Origin: Amphiscolops sp. MND2022
Lineage: Eukaryota
Reading direction: 5' to 3'
Assembly: GCA_964187785.1 (NCBI GenBank)
Contig: OZ076415.1
Location: 21,018,001-21,082,000, forward strand
DNA length: 64,000 nt
The translations under genes and the position numbers were made by a program. The notes beneath the pieces are model-generated. The model saw only the letters and a list, made by a program, of their open reading frames with translations, was not told where the DNA came from and searched no databases. Below are positions 59,858-64,000 of this stretch, in pieces (the first letter of the stretch is position 1; the number at the start of each line of letters is the position of its first letter).

Positions 59858-62265
59858 CGGCGTATTACGTTGTCAGGCTTTATGTCATTCGTCTGCGCAG
59901 AAACTTCGAAATCCTACAAGAGGAAAAGAACGGTTCTCATGGACAATTCCACTGGTGAAATTGAGGACCTGCGAGCTTCTCCTAGTCAGGACTCGAGTGA
60001 TTTTTCATGTGAGGATTCTCGACCTGAAGAACCTCTCCTCGAGCTTGAACCTGTCTGTTCTTCAACTCCAATTCATAACCGAGACCCCAGCGAAGTTTTT
60101 TCCGCTGAAAACATCGAAGAAGTGCACCAACTCTCAAGTTCAGATAGTCAATGTTCAACACTGGACATCCCATTGACTGCCCAGCCTGAAATTGGGTTGA
60201 ACAATCTCCAGTTATGTTCAACGGCAATATGTTCTAAACATCGGGCATCAGAGGCGCTCATGAACGACGTTCTGAAAGTTTTCCGTTCAAAAATCCGGGC
60301 AGAAAATTACCAGGAATGAATCGTTTCAAAAATGAAAGTAGGAAGGAATTTCTTGAAAAAACATACACCCAAGTGCCTTGTAATTGAGGTGATTTGATAC
60401 CTCTCAAGTTCGTTTTGGAATTAAAGGATATTTGTTGCCGCAATTGGAGGATTCTGAGAGAACGTTCGGGCAGGACCACATCGGAGAGTTCGAAAGATGT
60501 CAAATTGGGAAATTTCTCGATGAGAGTGGTACAGGAATCACCCTTCATCTGATAAGTTCAACTTATGGTGTCAAAATTATTCACTCATATGGTTAACATC
60601 TTTACCCCTTGTGGATGACTATCGCTGATTTACCATCGGTGTTGCGTTTTTCGTTCGACAGTATTGTTCTGGCGAACTTGTGGTTTGTTGAAGGAAAATC
60701 TGATTTCGACATTATTTTCCGATATGTCAAAAGGGAAGTATCGGACTTCGACTTTTTTCATCATGATGGTTTTTCTTATACTGTGAACATCGAATTTCTG
60801 TTTCTCAGTGCTGACAATGTTGCCAAAGCTGCCATACTCAACATGAAGCAGTTCAATGGGTTTTTTGGTTGTCATCTTTGTGAAGATGAAGGTGAAATTG
60901 TTTCACACAGTTCAAGGATTTATCCTTGCCAAAGCGTTATCAAGATGCGCACTTATGAGTCGTATCACAAAAATCTCTCTGAAGTTCAGAAACTGGAAGC
61001 TGCTGGGTTTGATCCCAGCGCAAAGTCTTTTCGTCGTCAAACGAAGGGTGTCAAGGGTATTGAGCTAAATTGATTAGGCGAAAAGTAAAGTTTTTTTCGT
61101 TTTCTTCAACCATTTAGTTCATTCACCAATCAGAGCATCTTGACTAACTCATCTTGGCGGACTTGAAACTCCTTTTTCGACTGACTTTTTCTGAAATTCG
61201 ACGCTCAATTCTCTTAGGTAAATCTCCATTGAGTTTGATCAGTGAAAGGGTACCTTTCTTCGTTACAATTGAAAACATGCATAGTTTGTTTGGGAGTTGC
61301 TAAGAACTTTTTTGTCACCTGTATTTTTCATAACAACCCGCCAAAAGAACAGTTTTAAATCAGAGAGCCCAAAATTTCAGATTGCCCTCGAGTTCCAACG
61401 ATCAGTTCGTGGCTTGGACCAAATGTCTTGTACGTTTCGCCTGTAATTACATTGGTGTTGCTGAATGAAACTCTCAGTGATTTGTTGTGGAAGTTTTCTT
61501 ATGCAATCCGAGTCCTACTGGAAACTGACAATTTTTTGATGGAATGCAATATTTTGCTCGACAATTTTTGTGTCGGCTTCGCTGCTCTGGATCAGAATGA
61601 ACAAACTTTTAATCTGCATTCGCTAAGACATTTAACCCGGCAAGTGCAAAACTATTGTCCATTGTGGACAGCGTCTTGCTTTGCTTTTGAATCGGCCCAT
61701 TACTCTCTCGTATCCACCTTCACCGGATCAGTTAACCACCTCAGATTACTGGTTGAACGTCATTTGACTAAAAAATAACTTCTTTATTCCAAGATAGACA
61801 ATGATGGGCTCTTCGACTTGACAACTGAGTTGGCGCGTGGTCGCAAGAAATTTGGATATGGTAATCTGAAGGAATCCGCAGCCGTTCTAGAACTCTCTCC
61901 GAGCTTCCTCAGTGTCAGCGAGAGAAATTGTGAACGGAGTAGCCTATGACTCCGCCAGCGATACCGAATCTGATCGCAACTCATTCATTTCATATTCCTG
62001 TGATTGCTCTGGGAAACTCTGGTTCGGCCAGATCATCGCATTTTTCCGTCTTGGTGGACGCCGATTCTGTTTAGTTGAACGATACATAGTCGAGAAAGCT
62101 TTTACTTGTCCTGGAGCTGATTTAGCCTGTGCTTACTGTCGCGTAGCAAAAACCGAAGAAAGAATCGATGTTCCATGTGACTCAATTTTCGCGAAAATGA
62201 TTGCTTTTTTCACAGATCAAGAGAAATTTTTCGTCAAACTCTCGCCACATTTCGATCACAACTGA
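59858..62265 (+). pseudogene. CACTA/EnSpm-type DDE transposase
   Basis: STYG (DG site altered); WMTIADLPSVLR; DNVAKAAILNMKQFNGFFGCHLC; MH..GV.K; TFNLHSLRHL..V...PLW..S.FAFES; FGQIIAFF. Confidence 0.88.
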
Positions 62266-62799
62266 GCGAATAAACCAACTTCTTTTGTTACACTGTAACT
62301 ATGAAGGCTTCTGAATGTTCATTAACACTTTGTTTGTCCTTGAGTCGGTTTAGCTTTTACGCTTTTTTCAGCTGACTCATGGATAAACATTGGTTTTTTG
62401 ATGCAGATTGCCTTAAAGGTCTGTTTTCTGTTCAGCCACCAAGTACATTTTCATTTATAGTTCTTTCATGATCTCAGTAGATGTTTTGAGAATCTTCCTT
62501 GGAATCTCGAATTGTTATCTCTTTAATTTTAATATTTTATGTTTCTTCATTCTATCGGTATTATGTTAAAGACCTTCAGTCGGTTTAGCTTCAAAGCTTT
62601 TATTACTGACGGAGTCTCTTACTTTGGTTTGATGTCACGTTATTATTACATTTCTCTTCATCAGTAATAAAGTTTTCGATTGCACTGTTTATCACCAACG
62701 AAGATTTTCCTTAGAACCCTTTCCTCGTAAAGAATAAGTTTGTATATTTCGCAACTTTACCTGGAAAGTTCAACAATTGTCAGTGTCTCAGAATCGTGA

Positions 62800-63930
62800 A
62801 AGACACAGAGGCTTCAGATGACAATGATTTGTCTGCGGATGCTGATGCCCCCGATAGACCGTGAACGACCACCACCTTCGAAATGACCGAAAATTGTCAA
62901 ATCGGAGCCAATTTTTGAGCAGTCCCCAGTAATGCTGAATGATCGGTCTACTCCGGCCACGTCAATTCCATGCACTTGTGACAATGTCAGCAAAGTAAGT
63001 TCATCTCGAAACTCAGATTTCACGACAAAATCTTGCGGACGGAAACTCTTCTAAACAAAACTTCGCTATAGTTCCTCAACCTGAATCCGGACCATATATC
63101 CCGATCAGTTTTTCATAAGACTTAAATAGGAGTTAGTTTTTTTATTTTTACAGTGTACGTCTAGCGCGATCCGTGAGACCCTGAAGATTTTTTCCTCGAC
63201 CATGGAGAGACTGCTCGATACACACCGCGAGTATTGGAAAGAGTAAGCTTTTTTGTCTTTTCAAATGCTATGAGAAATATCCGCTGATTTCGTTTTTTCC
63301 CACATGCTTCTCTTTTGCCTCTCATTTGACTGATCCATTCAGGCATTTAAATGGTGATTGAAGCGAGAAGTCTTGAGACAATTAGTCAAGAGACGATGAT
63401 ATATAGTTTATGAGTGTATTACTTTTTTATCAGTCGAAGTCGGTCGAGTTTTTTTTCAAAAACGTGAGAGGCCTGGAGACTGCTGAGAGAAATGAAATCT
63501 CAGTCAATGCCACTGAGTGTGAAGGTGATACTCCGAACGATGTGGCAGATCTCAGGGAAATAAAGTATAAAGGAGTGAACCTTCGAAAATTGTCTATTCC
63601 CTATGAGCCGTCAAAACATCGACGTAACATTGCGGAATATATTTTTGGCAAAAATCTAGAAAGTGAGCTCATACACAGTATGATTGAACCCGATGGTAGC
63701 GATGCCAGTCGACCCCCCGCTGATCTGCAGAAACAAGCCGACTTCAAATAACTTGTTCTGTGGGCGTATTCAAAGCGAGGCCCTGTGAAAGCGCTTTACG
63801 CCTACCAACTGGCTCGTATTTCTGCTAATCAGCGTGGCCGGGAACTCAAGACTACTATGAGAAGCCCTGGCAGTGAGGAGATCTTGGCCAGCCAAGATAG
63901 AACATGCAGTGATTTGCCTGGAAAGTGATT
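62800..63930 (+). pseudogene. Spliced BEN-domain-like accessory gene
   Basis: Donors gtaagt (~62995) and gtaagc (~63242), acceptors near 63153 and 63433. RNIAEYIFG..SRPPADLQKQADFK*LV..ARISANQRGR resembles the BEN helical pattern. Confidence 0.5.
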
Positions 63931-64000
63931 TGTCTACTTCCTGGACTTGAAACCTTTCGCTAAAAGTTCATCAGTCGGCTTAGTTTCAATGCTTTTTATG

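Larger units (their letters stand above)
57500..64000 (+). mobile_element. Decayed CACTA/EnSpm (CMC)-type DNA transposon with accessory genes; termini not established
   Basis: Transposase motifs listed below plus neighbouring zinc-finger, SET and BEN-like frames. Confidence 0.82.

Overview
This is transposon-dense, AT-rich eukaryotic DNA, probably from an invertebrate animal (inference). I found no rRNA, no complete tRNA and no CRISPR array. From start to end: (1) 1-14.2 kb is a decayed Ty3/Gypsy element A on the minus strand, multiplied by two overlapping tandem duplications (2,794 bp and ~3,950 bp), with an env-like ORF after pol. (2) 14.2-21.1 kb is a 3,148-bp tandem duplication holding a cluster of long hairpins; one copy carries a 552-bp hAT-type element with an 8-bp TSD. 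(3) 22-25.7 kb holds LINE and LTR fragments. (4) 27,954-43,153 is a full-length 15.2-kb Gypsy element B with 1.48-kb LTRs, TGTCGCA..TGCGACA ends, CCACC TSD, PBS and PPT. Its gag frame opens inside the LTR. Its ~6-kb 3' cargo holds a sense ORF reading through the PPT into U3 and an antisense zinc-finger gene with candidate 24-32 nt introns. (5) 43.9-57.2 kb holds a ~1-kb duplication, an apparently intact two-exon 3CxxC (RTP/ZAR1-type) host gene, a third Gypsy fragment and a ~164-bp satellite. (6) 57.5-64 kb is a decayed CACTA/EnSpm-type transposon whose transposase gene appears to begin with a Suv4-20-like SET domain, flanked by a divergent zinc-finger gene and a BEN-like gene. The best novelty candidates are the antisense spliced cargo gene in Gypsy B, the SET-transposase gene, and the LTR-encoded gag extension. 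All domain calls are by-eye motif recognition and all identity figures are by-eye estimates; no searches were run.
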